NCBI GenBank assembly: GCA_963770565.1
Contig: CAVYQE010000011.1
Coordinates: 128,001-192,000, forward strand
DNA: 64,000 bases
Direction of reading: 5' to 3'
Source of the DNA: an uncultured Actinomycetota bacterium
Lineage (GTDB): Bacteria; Actinomycetota; Actinomycetes; JAFAQI01
This document shows positions 38,647 through 48,322 of the stretch, piece after piece (within the stretch, counting starts at the first letter, position 1; each line of letters starts with the position of its first letter). A program made the translations under genes and the position numbers. The notes under the pieces are model-generated. The model saw only the letters and a program-made list of their open reading frames with translations. It did not search any database and was not told where the DNA came from.

Positions 38647-40381
38647 CGTGCAGCCTGGTCTTCGCGCTGCGCCCGTAGTTGTCCTTGACCGTCAGGGTGA
38701 TCGTCCGGCTGCCCTTCTTGGCGTAGGTGTGTGACGGTGCCGCGCCGGTCGAGGTGGTCCCGTCGCCCCAGTTCCAGGAGTACGACGAGATCGAGCCGCC
38801 CGGGAAGGGATCGGTCGAGGAGTGCGCGCTGAACGAGGCGGCGTGACCGTGCTTGATCGCGCCGGCATGCTTGATCGTCGCGGTCGGCGACATCGGGGTG
38901 AAGACGGTCGTGCCCTTCGGAGTGCCGACGCCGGCGACGCCGTCATAACCGGGTTGCGCGTAGCACTGAGCCCGGTGGGCGAGCACCGCTGATCCGCTCG
39001 CCCCGAACCCGCAGTCCACGGTCCCGTCGCCAAGCGCGTTCGGGTTGTTGCTCCAGTAGTCGAAGCAACCCGCCGGGTTCTCGATCCCGCAGAATCCGGT
39101 GCCTCCGACGGTCACGTCGTAGGTGTGCGCGGTGTGGTCGCTGGCAAAGTGGCCGTACAGCGAGAGCGACGGATACGCGACCCCCTTGGGGCCGCCGGCG
39201 AGGGCCCACATCGCGGCGATCACTGGCGACGCGAGCGACGTACCGCCGATCGTGGACCACGAACCGGTCCCGGCCGGGTAGGTCTCGAAGATGTCGTAGC
39301 CGGTGAACGGGTCGGCGACCGCGGCGATATCGACCGCCGAACGCATGCCGGCGGCGCAGCCCAGCGAGCCGTATCCGGACACGTGTGACTGCCACGGTTT
39401 GGCCGACGAAATGGTGCTGCATCCGCTGCCGGCCGCACCGAGGTCGAACCCGGCGAAGTTGGCGAACGCGTCGGCCGGCCCGTTGGTGTTCCAGACCTGC
39501 TCCGATGCCCGGGAGCCGTTCGGGTTGAGGTAGAGCGACGTGCCACCGACCCCGACGACCGTGGGGTAGACCGCCGGCGCGTTCGGTCCGGTCGACGGCG
39601 CGGTGCTGTCGTTGATCACGTCCCAGTCGTACCAGCCGTCGTCGCCGCTCGACGCCACGATCGCCACGCCTGGATGGTTGTAGGCGGCCTGAACGGTGGG
39701 GGTGTCGTTCACCGGGTTCTCGGCCGCGCCGTAGGAGTTCGATACCACCGTGGCGCCCATCGTCACGGCTCGATTCACGCCGGTCGCCAGATCCGCGAAG
39801 GAGTTCGAGTTCGTCTCCACCAGCAGGATCTTGCATTTGTGGCACAGCCCGCGGACGGCCTGGACGTCGAGCGTGATCTCACCGGCCCAGTCGCCGTCGG
39901 CGGTCGGCAGGGTCGCGCCACCGTCCTGGTTCACCACCCGGAACGAGCTCGCGGTCTCGGCCGGAATCCCGTAGTGGGAGTCGAAGGAAGCGAGGTCGGT
40001 GCCGACCGACGGGTCGTCGAAGGCGTCGACGATGCCGACCGTCACGCCGCTCGCCGCACTGGAGGCGACCGAGAGACCGTAGGCCGCGGCCAGCTGCGCC
40101 GGGCTGTAGCCCCCGGTCGGGCCGGCTCCGGGCGATGAGCGCCGCATTGCCCGCGGGGTGTTCGCCGCCACGGCGGCGGAGCTCGTACGGACCAGCCTGA
40201 TCCCGTCGCAGGCCGCGGTGCCCGGCGTGGGCGTGCCGCACATCCGCTCGGGCACCCACACCGTTCCGCCTGGAGCGGTCGCGGCGGCCGCCTGAGGGGC
40301 GACCAATGCTCCGGCCGCAACCGCCGCGATCCCGGCGACGCGAACGAGCTGGCGCCGCGTCGTACGTCGTGCTTCGGCCAT
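38633..40381 (-). CDS. Secreted S53 (sedolisin-like) serine peptidase with a C-terminal PKD domain
   Basis: EITLD (ExxxD), SNSYG, SSGDDG and GGTSLASP; PKD motif YSWNWGDG..SHTY. Possible Tat motif TRRQLV. Confidence 0.88.
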   Translation of the reverse strand: MAEARRTTRRQLVRVAGIAAVAAGALVAPQAAAATAPGGTVWVPERMCGTPTPGTAACDGIRLVRTSSAAVAANTPRAMRRSSPGAGPTGGYSPAQLAAAYGLSVASSAASGVTVGIVDAFDDPSVGTDLASFDSHYGIPAETASSFRVVNQDGGATLPTADGDWAGEITLDVQAVRGLCHKCKILLVETNSNSFADLATGVNRAVTMGATVVSNSYGAAENPVNDTPTVQAAYNHPGVAIVASSGDDGWYDWDVINDSTAPSTGPNAPAVYPTVVGVGGTSLYLNPNGSRASEQVWNTNGPADAFANFAGFDLGAAGSGCSTISSAKPWQSHVSGYGSLGCAAGMRSAVDIAAVADPFTGYDIFETYPAGTGSWSTIGGTSLASPVIAAMWALAGGPKGVAYPSLSLYGHFASDHTAHTYDVTVGGTGFCGIENPAGCFDYWSNNPNALGDGTVDCGFGASGSAVLAHRAQCYAQPGYDGVAGVGTPKGTTVFTPMSPTATIKHAGAIKHGHAASFSAHSSTDPFPGGSISSYSWNWGDGTTSTGAAPSHTYAKKGSRTITLTVKDNYGRSAKTRLHVKVT

Positions 40382-40570
40382 GGTTGAACGCCCCCTTGTG
40401 CTGGTTTCCCAGCGATCCGATCCGAGCCGGTCCCTCCGGCTCACCTTAGAGGCTCCGGGGAGGCGATTTGCTGACGTTTGGAGGATCCGTCCGGGACCTT
40501 CGACCTATCGATGCCAGCGGCCGCGGTGTCGATGGACACGCGAGGACCGGGCGAGGGAGGGCGAGCACGG

Positions 40571-41734
40571 ATGGCGACATCGAGTCAGACCGTGCTGCCG
40601 GCGCCGCGGCGCGGCCGCCATCCGGCCGTGCATCCGGCCGTGCATCCGGCCGTGCATCGCGCGGTGCATCCAGCGGTGTGGCCGGCGGTCGCGGTCGGCG
40701 TCTTCGCGATCTGGATCGCGACCTCGCTCGGCGGCGCCGAGGTCACCCGGTACGTCGACGACCTGGCGACCGCAGCGGCCGCCGGCACGGCCGCGGTGCT
40801 CTGCCTGAGCGCCGCGCGGCGTCACCACGGGCGCAACCGCACCTTCTGGGCGTTGCTCGGCGCAGCCGCGGTGTCCTGGACCTTTGCTGAAGGTGCCTGG
40901 GCGGTCTACGACCTCGTCATCGGCGGGCCGGTACCGATCCCGTCGTACGCCGACATCGGATACTTGGGAGCGATCCCGCTGACCCTGGCCGCGCTCATCA
41001 TGCATCCCGCGAGCCATGGCAGCCGTCCGGCCCGGGCTCGCGCGTTCCTCGACGGGTCGATCCTCGCGACCGCCCTGCTGTTCTTGAGCTGGTCGTTCGT
41101 CTTGCACGACGTGTGGGCAAACAACGACTTGAGCACGTTGGGCGGGATCGTCACCCTGACCTATCCGTTCGGTGACGTGATCATCGTGTTCCTGCTGATC
41201 CGAGCGCTGCGCTGGCTCGAGGGCCGGGACCGGGTCGCGGTGGCCTGGATCCTGCTCGGACTGCTGGCGATCTCGTTCTCGGACAGCGGCTACACCTACC
41301 TCACGGTCATCCACAATTACCGGTCCGGGAACCTGATCGATATCGGGTGGCTCGCCGGATATCTCGGCATCGCACTCGGTGGCTGGTACGGCAGCCGGTC
41401 GAGTTGGGTCCGGCGCCGTCCGCCGTCGCAGGCGGGCCAGTCGCTCTCCGTGCTGATGCCGTTCCTCCCGCTCATGCTCGCGCTCGGCGTGCTCACCGTC
41501 CGAGCGCGGATCGATGACTCGATCGACCGCACGTCGCTGGTCCTGGCATTCGTCATGATCGGGTCCGTGCTGATCCGCCAGGCGATGCTGTTGGTCGACC
41601 GAGGACCGCAGCCGGCCCCCGAACCGCCGGGCAACGAAGACAGCGCCGCGGACCCCGCGCCGGTTGAGGTCGCGGACCCCACGCCGGTTGGCAAGGCCTC
41701 GGACTTGACCGCCATGGGTCGCGGGTCACGATGA
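40571..41734 (+). CDS. Multi-pass membrane protein resembling a sensor input module, with no output domain
   Basis: About 9 TM helices; PSYADIGYL, LDG.I, LTYPFGDV and DIGWLAGY. Confidence 0.7.
   Translation: MATSSQTVLPAPRRGRHPAVHPAVHPAVHRAVHPAVWPAVAVGVFAIWIATSLGGAEVTRYVDDLATAAAAGTAAVLCLSAARRHHGRNRTFWALLGAAAVSWTFAEGAWAVYDLVIGGPVPIPSYADIGYLGAIPLTLAALIMHPASHGSRPARARAFLDGSILATALLFLSWSFVLHDVWANNDLSTLGGIVTLTYPFGDVIIVFLLIRALRWLEGRDRVAVAWILLGLLAISFSDSGYTYLTVIHNYRSGNLIDIGWLAGYLGIALGGWYGSRSSWVRRRPPSQAGQSLSVLMPFLPLMLALGVLTVRARIDDSIDRTSLVLAFVMIGSVLIRQAMLLVDRGPQPAPEPPGNEDSAADPAPVEVADPTPVGKASDLTAMGRGSR
40619..40690 (+). repeat. In-frame 12-bp tandem repeat CATCCGGCCGTG (HPAV), 3 exact and 3 degenerate copies
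   Basis: Read directly from the sequence. Confidence 0.9.
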
Positions 41735-41931
41735 CGCGAACCGCCCGGTGGGTGCCCAACTCGACCGATGACAGGATGGTCGGGATCCAGGTGCGGCTGG
41801 CCCGAAACGCCAAGAGCGAGCAGTTCGAGCGGGCCCGCCGGGCCGCGAATCGGATCTCGTCGATCCTCGGGATCGCCGCGTCGGTGGTATCGATGTACGA
41901 CCTGTTGCTGCTCACTCGAGTGGGTCACTGA
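41731..41931 (+). CDS. Small hypothetical protein
   Basis: ATGA overlap with the upstream gene; C-terminal hydrophobic stretch. Confidence 0.45.
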   Translation: MTRTARWVPNSTDDRMVGIQVRLARNAKSEQFERARRAANRISSILGIAASVVSMYDLLLLTRVGH

Positions 41932-41959
41932 CCGACCAGGCCCGGCTTAGGCTCGCCTC

Positions 41960-42394
41960 GTGACCACCGTCTCGGGACTCGACTCGTCGGATCGCGCGGA
42001 CTGGGAGATCCTCTTTCGCGCCTACATCGACTTCTACGGCCGAACCGAGCCTCAGGAGATGTACGACCGGGCGTGGGCGGAGTTCATGGCCGGGGAACGC
42101 ATGCACGCCCTCGGCGCGAGGGCCGACGGCCGGCTGGTCGGCATCACCCACTTCCTGGTGCACGCCAGCACCTCGGGCCCCGACGTCTGCTATCTCCAGG
42201 ACCTGTTCACCGTGGCCGACGTCCGTGGCCGGGGGGTCGGCCGGGCCCTGATCGAGGCGGTCGCGGCTTGGGCCCGAGAGCAAGACTGTTCGAGGGTCTA
42301 CTGGGCCACCCAGGAGTCGAACGTCACCGCGCGGCAGCTCTACGACCGGGTCGCGGAGTTCCAGGGATTCATCATCTATCGAATGCCGCTGTGA
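41960..42394 (+). CDS. GNAT N-acetyltransferase
   Basis: CYLQDLF...RGRGVGRALI and VYWATQESN.TARQLYD. Confidence 0.9.
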   Translation: MTTVSGLDSSDRADWEILFRAYIDFYGRTEPQEMYDRAWAEFMAGERMHALGARADGRLVGITHFLVHASTSGPDVCYLQDLFTVADVRGRGVGRALIEAVAAWAREQDCSRVYWATQESNVTARQLYDRVAEFQGFIIYRMPL

Positions 42395-42403
42395 GCTCGT
42401 GGA

Positions 42404-43759
42404 TCAGGTCTGATCAGGCGCGATCTCACTGATCGGGTCGGGGGAGATCCGGCCGCCGGTGAGATGGTGCTCGGCCGCCGCCTCGGTCGACGGCGGTGCG
42501 CCGCTCTCGGGATGCTCAGCCCGCCAGCGTCGTACGTCGTAGGACCAGAACCCCGGCAGCGCCGCGGTGAGCGCGGCCACCGAGACGATGCACAGGATCC
42601 CGCCGGAGACCCCGGAGCCTCGGGTGCCGACCAGGCTGACCGCGAGACCCGACTCGACGCCGGCCAGCGAAGGGCCCGAGCTGTAGGAGATCAGCTCGAT
42701 GCTGGCCAGCCGCCCGCGAAGTGAGTCGGGGATGGTGATGTTCCAGATCAACGCCCGGAAGGTGCCCGAGATCATGTCCGCGCCGCCGGCGATCGCGAGC
42801 GACGGCAGCGCGAGCCAGAGCGTCGGCGCTGCCGCGAAGCCGGCGATTCCCGCGCCCCACACCATTGCCGCCACCATCACTGCTCGGCCGTGGTGGTGGA
42901 CGCGTTTGGTCCAGCCGCTCGTGAGGCTGGCCAGCAAGGATCCGAGCGCCGGAGTGGCGTAGAGCACGCCGAGCACGGCCGGACCGCCGAGGCGGGTCGC
43001 GAACGCCGGGAAGAGCGCGAGCGGCATGCCGAAGAACATCGCGGCCATGTCGACCAGGTAGGTGCCGAGTAGCTCCTGGCGGCTGCGGGCGTAGCGCAGG
43101 CCCTCGGCGACCCGCGCCAGGCTCGGCCGTTCCGCGTCCGGCGGCGGCGGCATCGCGGTCATCCGGGCGAGCGCGGTCAGGCTCACCACGAAGGTGGCGA
43201 GGTCGACCCCGTACGCCGCACCGAGGCCCGCAATCGCGATCACTACTCCGCCGAGCGCCGGCCCGGCGAGGGTTGCCGTCGTACTCATCAGGCTCTCGAT
43301 CGCCTGCGTCGCGGGCAGGTCGTTAGTCCCGACGATTCGGGGCACCATCGAGTCGAGGCTCGGTCGCTGCAGCGCGTCCGCGCCCGCCAGGGCGAAGGCC
43401 AGCGCGAAGACCGCGAGCAGGCTCGGATGCGGGACGACCGCGTTGACCAGCAGGCCGGCGCTGGTCACCATCAGCAGGGCCTCGCTGATCCGGACCATCC
43501 GGCGACGGTCGACGGCATCGGCGAGGGCGCCGGCGATGAACGCGACCCCGACGATCGCGACGATCTCGACCAGCCCGATCACCCCGACCATGAGCGACGA
43601 GCGGGTGATCTTGTAGACCTGGTACGGCACCGCGACGCTGGTCACCATGGAGCCGAGGAACGAGACGTTCTGCCCGATCAGCAGGAGCCTCAGCTCCCGG
43701 TAGCGGCGCAACGGCGTGGTGTCGATCGCGAGCGCCCGCAACCACCCCGACGCCGCCAT
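42404..43759 (-). CDS. MFS transporter (EntS-like)
   Basis: GALADAVDRRR, 12-TM pattern and PDSLRGR. Confidence 0.9.
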   Translation of the reverse strand: MAASGWLRALAIDTTPLRRYRELRLLLIGQNVSFLGSMVTSVAVPYQVYKITRSSLMVGVIGLVEIVAIVGVAFIAGALADAVDRRRMVRISEALLMVTSAGLLVNAVVPHPSLLAVFALAFALAGADALQRPSLDSMVPRIVGTNDLPATQAIESLMSTTATLAGPALGGVVIAIAGLGAAYGVDLATFVVSLTALARMTAMPPPPDAERPSLARVAEGLRYARSRQELLGTYLVDMAAMFFGMPLALFPAFATRLGGPAVLGVLYATPALGSLLASLTSGWTKRVHHHGRAVMVAAMVWGAGIAGFAAAPTLWLALPSLAIAGGADMISGTFRALIWNITIPDSLRGRLASIELISYSSGPSLAGVESGLAVSLVGTRGSGVSGGILCIVSVAALTAALPGFWSYDVRRWRAEHPESGAPPSTEAAAEHHLTGGRISPDPISEIAPDQT

Positions 43760-43798
43760 GCCGGCTAGCCCATCACGCCGGATGTCGCGACCGCGTAT

Positions 43799-44221
43799 TC
43801 ATTTCCGGTTGTCGTCGAGCTCCTGGAAGAGGGTGAGCTGCAGACCGGCCGGCGCTTCGAGTCGCGCGTTCAGCGAACGCCACGGCGTCTCGGTGGGCTC
43901 GGCCAGGACCGATGCGCCGGACCGGGCGAGCCGGCGGGTGTGTGCTTCGGCGTCGTCGACCTCGAACGCGATCCGGATGTCGCGGCTGACCTGCCGCCCG
44001 ACTTCGACCTCGTCGATCATCCGGACCTGCGCCTGATTGGCGATCTCGAGGGTGGCGCGACCGGCGTCCAGGATCATCACCCGCGCGTCCCCGTCCCCCT
44101 CGTACGCCGCCTCCTCGGCCAGCCCTAAGGCGTCTCGGTAGAACGCGACCGCTGTGTCGAAGTCGTCGACCCGGACGACCACCCGAAGTTGCCGGACCGG
44201 TGCCGCCGGGTGAGCGGCCAT
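43799..44221 (-). CDS. VOC/glyoxalase family protein
   Basis: AVAFYRDALGL, RIAFEVDD and PTETPWRSLNARL. Confidence 0.85.
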   Translation of the reverse strand: MAAHPAAPVRQLRVVVRVDDFDTAVAFYRDALGLAEEAAYEGDGDARVMILDAGRATLEIANQAQVRMIDEVEVGRQVSRDIRIAFEVDDAEAHTRRLARSGASVLAEPTETPWRSLNARLEAPAGLQLTLFQELDDNRK

Positions 44222-44287
44222 GTGATCGTCAGGATGTCCCGAGCTCATCGATCATCGTTGCCGACCGGCCGCGACCCGCACAACTGA

Positions 44288-44440
44288 CTACGACTTCAGC
44301 GGGGTGCCCACTCCGCCGGTGCACGGGCCGCCGTACTCCGGGGTGTACTTGGCGTTGCTGCGGAACGCGTTGACGAACTGCTGGAGGCGCGGGTCGGTGG
44401 CTGAGGTGACCCGCAGCTGGAAGCCCCACGAGCTGATCAT
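44288..44440 (-). pseudogene. C-terminal fragment of a DUF3105-like gene (not in the ORF track)
   Basis: My translation: MISSWGFQLRVTSATDPRLQQFVNAFRSNAKYTPEYGGPCTGGVGTPLKS*. An in-frame stop lies about 7 codons upstream. Confidence 0.6.
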
Positions 44441-44586
44441 GAGGCGCCATGACATCCGACGCTATCCAACCGGTCGTCGCGGCCGGGGACGGGGCTTGAT
44501 GCGGTCGATGGATCAGGGGTCGCGCTCGTTTTCGGGCATGATGAGCGCTTGCAGCAGTCATCGGTCGGAGCAAGGCGGTTGCCTGA

Positions 44587-45459
44587 GTGGATTTCCTATA
44601 TGCGGCGTCCTGGGACGAGGCGCTCGCCGCCAAGGCCGACCGTCCTGACTCGGTGCCGATCGCGGGCGGCACCGACCTGATGGTGGAGCTCAACTTCGAC
44701 CGGCGCCGTCCGGACGCCCTCCTCGACCTCAACGGCGTACCGGAACTGCGCGAGTGGGAGCTGGTGGACCATGTTGTGCGGATCGGTGCCGGGGTCCCGT
44801 TCACCCGGATCATCACCGAGATCGGCCCGCTCGCCCCGGGGCTGGCGATCGCGTCCCGGACGGTCGGCTCGCCACAGATCCGCAACCGCGGCACGCTGGG
44901 TGGCCAGCTCGGCACGGCGTCGCCCGCCGGCGATGCCCTGCCGCCGCTGGTCAGCGTCGATGCGCTGGTGGAAGTCGCCTCGGTGCGCGGCGACCGGACC
45001 GTGCCGGTGCGCGAGTTCTTCACCGGCCCCAAGCGCAACGTGCTCGAGTCCGACGAGCTGGTGCGGGCGTTGCGCGTCCCGGTCGCCGACGGGCCGCAGC
45101 AGTTCGCCAAGGTCGGCACCCGCAACGCGATGGTCATTTCGGTGTGCGGGTTTGCCCTTTCGCTCCATCCGATGAGCGGGTTGGTCGGCACGTGCATCGG
45201 CTCGGCCGGCCCGACCGTGCTCCGTGCGCTGGAGGCAGAGCAGTTCCTGCAGGGCGAGCTTGCGGATGGCGGGCTGTGGGAGTCGCGGGCGGGGTTGAAC
45301 GAGCGGCTGGTCGCCCGCTTCGGTGAGCTGGCCGCCCAAAGTGCGCGGCCGATCGACGACGTGCGCGGTACGGCGAGGTACCGGCGGCACGCGGTAGGGG
45401 TGATGGCCAGGCGGACGTTGGGGTGGGCCTGGGCGGAATACCAGGATGCCGCCGCATGA
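44587..45459 (+). CDS. Xanthine dehydrogenase family FAD-binding subunit
   Basis: IAGGTDL, SPQIRNRGTLGG and PIDDVRGTARYR. Confidence 0.9.
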   Translation: MDFLYAASWDEALAAKADRPDSVPIAGGTDLMVELNFDRRRPDALLDLNGVPELREWELVDHVVRIGAGVPFTRIITEIGPLAPGLAIASRTVGSPQIRNRGTLGGQLGTASPAGDALPPLVSVDALVEVASVRGDRTVPVREFFTGPKRNVLESDELVRALRVPVADGPQQFAKVGTRNAMVISVCGFALSLHPMSGLVGTCIGSAGPTVLRALEAEQFLQGELADGGLWESRAGLNERLVARFGELAAQSARPIDDVRGTARYRRHAVGVMARRTLGWAWAEYQDAAA

Positions 45460-45938
45460 GGATCACGTTCGAGGTGAATGGAACCACGCAGCACGCGGAT
45501 GACGTGTGGCCGGGAGAGAGCCTGCTGTACGTGTTGCGCGAACGGCTCGGTCTGCCCGGGACCAAGAACGCGTGCGAGCAGGGCGAGTGCGGATCGTGCT
45601 CGGTCTATCTCGACGGCACGCTTGTGTGCGCCTGCCTGGTGGCCGCGCCGCAGGTGCAGGGCCGCGCGGTGCGCACGGTCGAGAGCTTTGCCGGCCCCGA
45701 CCGCCTCGACCCGGTCCAGCAGGCGTTCGTCGATGCGGGCGCCGTGCAGTGCGGGTTCTGCACGCCGGGTCTGATCCTCGCGACCGACGACCTGCTCGCC
45801 CGCAACCCGCAGCCGGCGGATGCCGAGATTCGCGAAGCACTCGCCGGCAACCTGTGCCGCTGCACGGGCTACGAGAAGATCCTGGACGCCGTCCGCCTGG
45901 CGTCGGCTCGGCGATCTGCGGCAGGTGGGCGGCCGTGA
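45456..45938 (+). CDS. Xanthine dehydrogenase family 2Fe-2S subunit
   Basis: CEQGECGSC..C, QCGFCTPG and GNLCRCTGY. Confidence 0.93.
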   Translation: MRITFEVNGTTQHADDVWPGESLLYVLRERLGLPGTKNACEQGECGSCSVYLDGTLVCACLVAAPQVQGRAVRTVESFAGPDRLDPVQQAFVDAGAVQCGFCTPGLILATDDLLARNPQPADAEIREALAGNLCRCTGYEKILDAVRLASARRSAAGGRP

Positions 45939-48319
45939 CCTCGACCGTTGCCCGGCGGTCGGCGCCGACCCTGCCGACCCGCCCGCCGAGTTCCGACCCG
46001 GACGGGGCACCGGCCCGCGGTGGCGTCGGCGAGAGCGTGCTTCGCCCGGACGGAGTCCCCAAGGTCACCGGCGACTTCGCCTACTCCTCAGACCTGTGGA
46101 TGGACGACATGTTGTGGGGCGCGACGTTGCGCAGCCCACACCCGCGGGCGCGGATCCGCAGCGTCAACATCGGGCCAGCCCTCGCGCTGGCCGGCGTCAC
46201 CGCGGTCCTGACTCACGAGGACGTGCCGGGCGCCAAGACCTACGGCCTGGAGATCGCCGACCAGCCGGTGCTGGCGATCGACCAGGTGCGTTATGCCGGT
46301 GAGGCGGTCGCGATCGTCGCCGCCGACCATCCCGAGACTGCTCGGCGAGCGGTCGCGCGGATCGAGGTCGACTACGAAGTACTCGAGCCGGTCAGCGACA
46401 TGACCGCGGCGATGGGGCCGGACTCGCCGCTCGTGCACGACGTACCGACTCAGGAGGAATATCCCGGCGTCGGGAACATCCTGCGGGAGATCCGGATCCA
46501 GCGCGGCGACGCGAACGCGTCGGCCGATGTGACCGTCGTCGGTGAGTACGAAGTCGGCATGCAGGACCAGGCCTTCCTCGGGCCCGAGTCGGGACTGGCC
46601 GTGCCGGCTGAGGACGGCGGGGTTGATCTGTTCATCGCCACCCAGTGGTTGCACGTCGACCAGCGACAGGTGGCCGACGCGCTCGGCCTGCCGCTGGAGA
46701 AGGTGCGGTTGTCACTCGCGGGAGTCGGCGGTGCATTCGGCGCACGCGAGGACGTCTCGATGCAGATCCACGCCTGCCTGCTGGCGCTGCACACCAACCG
46801 GCCGGTCAAGATGGTCTACTCCCGCGAGGAGTCCTTCTACGGTCACGTCCACCGGCACCCGGCGAAGATGCGTTACGAACATGGTGCGAACCGCGACGGC
46901 AAGCTGGTCTACGTCAAGGCGCACATCCTGCTCGACGGCGGCGCGTACGCCTCGAGCTCCCCGGCGGTGGTGAGCAACGCGGCGAGCTTCGCGGTCGGTC
47001 CGTATGAGTGCGGCAACGTCGTGATCGACGGTGCCGTGCTCTACACGAACAACCCACCGTGCGGCGCGATGCGCGGGTTCGGCGCCGTACAGGTGTGCTT
47101 CGGGCACGAGTCGCAGATGGACAAGCTCGCGGCCGCACTGAGAATGGATCCGATCGAGCTCCGGATCCGCAACGCGATGCACGAGGGGTCGCTGATGCCG
47201 ACCGGGCAGGTGATCGAGGGCGCCGCGCCGGTTGCCGAGATCCTCCGCCTGGTCCGCGAGTCGCCGCTGCCGCCGGACGCCGACTGCACCGAAGTGGACC
47301 TGCGGACTATGCCGGGCGGCGTGGCGAACACCACGCACGGCGAGGGCGTGCACCGAGGTGTCGGCTATGCGGTCGGCTTCAAGAACGTCGGGTACTCCGA
47401 AGGTTTCGACGACTTCTCCACCGCTCGGGTGCGGCTGCAGCTGGTCGGCGGCGAGGTGAGCGCAACCGTTCACACCGCGGCCGCCGAGGTCGGGCAAGGA
47501 CTCGTGACGGTCATGGCGCAGATCGCCCGGACCGAGCTCGGCGTCGAGCGGGTCATCAACCATCCGGCCGACACCTCGGTCGGCACGGCTGGCTCGACCT
47601 CCGCTTCGCGTCAGACCTACTGCACCGGCGGTGCGGTCAAGCTGGCCTGCGAGGCGGTGCGCGAGCAGGTGCTGGCGATGGCGTCGAGCAAGCTCGGCCT
47701 GGCGGTCGACGGCGCGACGCTGCAGGGCGGTGACGTCGTCGCGGCTGACGGTCGGTCGCTCGCACCGGTCTCCGCCGTCCTCGGCGAGGACGTCGTCGAG
47801 CAGACCCGGGAGTTCCACCATCGGCCCACCGTTGCGCTCAGTCGCGAACCCGGTGCGGATGGCACGGTCGGGCAGGGCGACGCGCACCTGCAGTTCGCGT
47901 TTGCCGCGCATCGTGTCGTCGCCGATGTTGATGTCGAGCTCGGGCTGGTGCGGCTGGTCGAAGTGACGACCGCCCAGGACGTCGGCAAGGCGCTCAACCC
48001 GCTCTCCGTCGTCGGCCAGATCCAGGGCGGTACGACGCAAGGCATCGGGCTTGCGCTGATGGAGGAGATCCAGGTCCGCGACGGCCTGATCCGCAACCCG
48101 TCGTTCACCGACTACCTGATCCCGACCATCCTCGACACCCCGCCGATGCAGGTCCATGTGCTCGAGCTCGGCGACCCGACCGCGCCGTACGGGTTGCGGG
48201 GGGTCGGCGAGCCGCCGACGATTTCGTCCACTCCGGCGGTCGTGTCGGCCCTGCGCGCGGCCACCGGCCGGCCGCTCACCCGGGTCCCGGTGCAACCCGA
48301 GCACATCACGGGCACCTGA
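45935..48319 (+). CDS. pucD: Xanthine dehydrogenase molybdopterin-binding subunit
   Basis: GGAFGARED, AMRGFG, AEVGQG, GQIQGG and GVGEPP. The GTG start overlaps the previous stop. Confidence 0.88.
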   Translation: MTSTVARRSAPTLPTRPPSSDPDGAPARGGVGESVLRPDGVPKVTGDFAYSSDLWMDDMLWGATLRSPHPRARIRSVNIGPALALAGVTAVLTHEDVPGAKTYGLEIADQPVLAIDQVRYAGEAVAIVAADHPETARRAVARIEVDYEVLEPVSDMTAAMGPDSPLVHDVPTQEEYPGVGNILREIRIQRGDANASADVTVVGEYEVGMQDQAFLGPESGLAVPAEDGGVDLFIATQWLHVDQRQVADALGLPLEKVRLSLAGVGGAFGAREDVSMQIHACLLALHTNRPVKMVYSREESFYGHVHRHPAKMRYEHGANRDGKLVYVKAHILLDGGAYASSSPAVVSNAASFAVGPYECGNVVIDGAVLYTNNPPCGAMRGFGAVQVCFGHESQMDKLAAALRMDPIELRIRNAMHEGSLMPTGQVIEGAAPVAEILRLVRESPLPPDADCTEVDLRTMPGGVANTTHGEGVHRGVGYAVGFKNVGYSEGFDDFSTARVRLQLVGGEVSATVHTAAAEVGQGLVTVMAQIARTELGVERVINHPADTSVGTAGSTSASRQTYCTGGAVKLACEAVREQVLAMASSKLGLAVDGATLQGGDVVAADGRSLAPVSAVLGEDVVEQTREFHHRPTVALSREPGADGTVGQGDAHLQFAFAAHRVVADVDVELGLVRLVEVTTAQDVGKALNPLSVVGQIQGGTTQGIGLALMEEIQVRDGLIRNPSFTDYLIPTILDTPPMQVHVLELGDPTAPYGLRGVGEPPTISSTPAVVSALRAATGRPLTRVPVQPEHITGT

Positions 48320-48322
48320 GCG

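Noticed and set aside
45506-45934. Extended N-termini in the ORF track (937-aa xdh subunit; also 11239, 16958, 53447, 59514, 60875, 63264)
   Set aside because: The extensions overlap neighbouring genes. Downstream starts with an RBS or stop/start overlap fit better, so these are not fusions.
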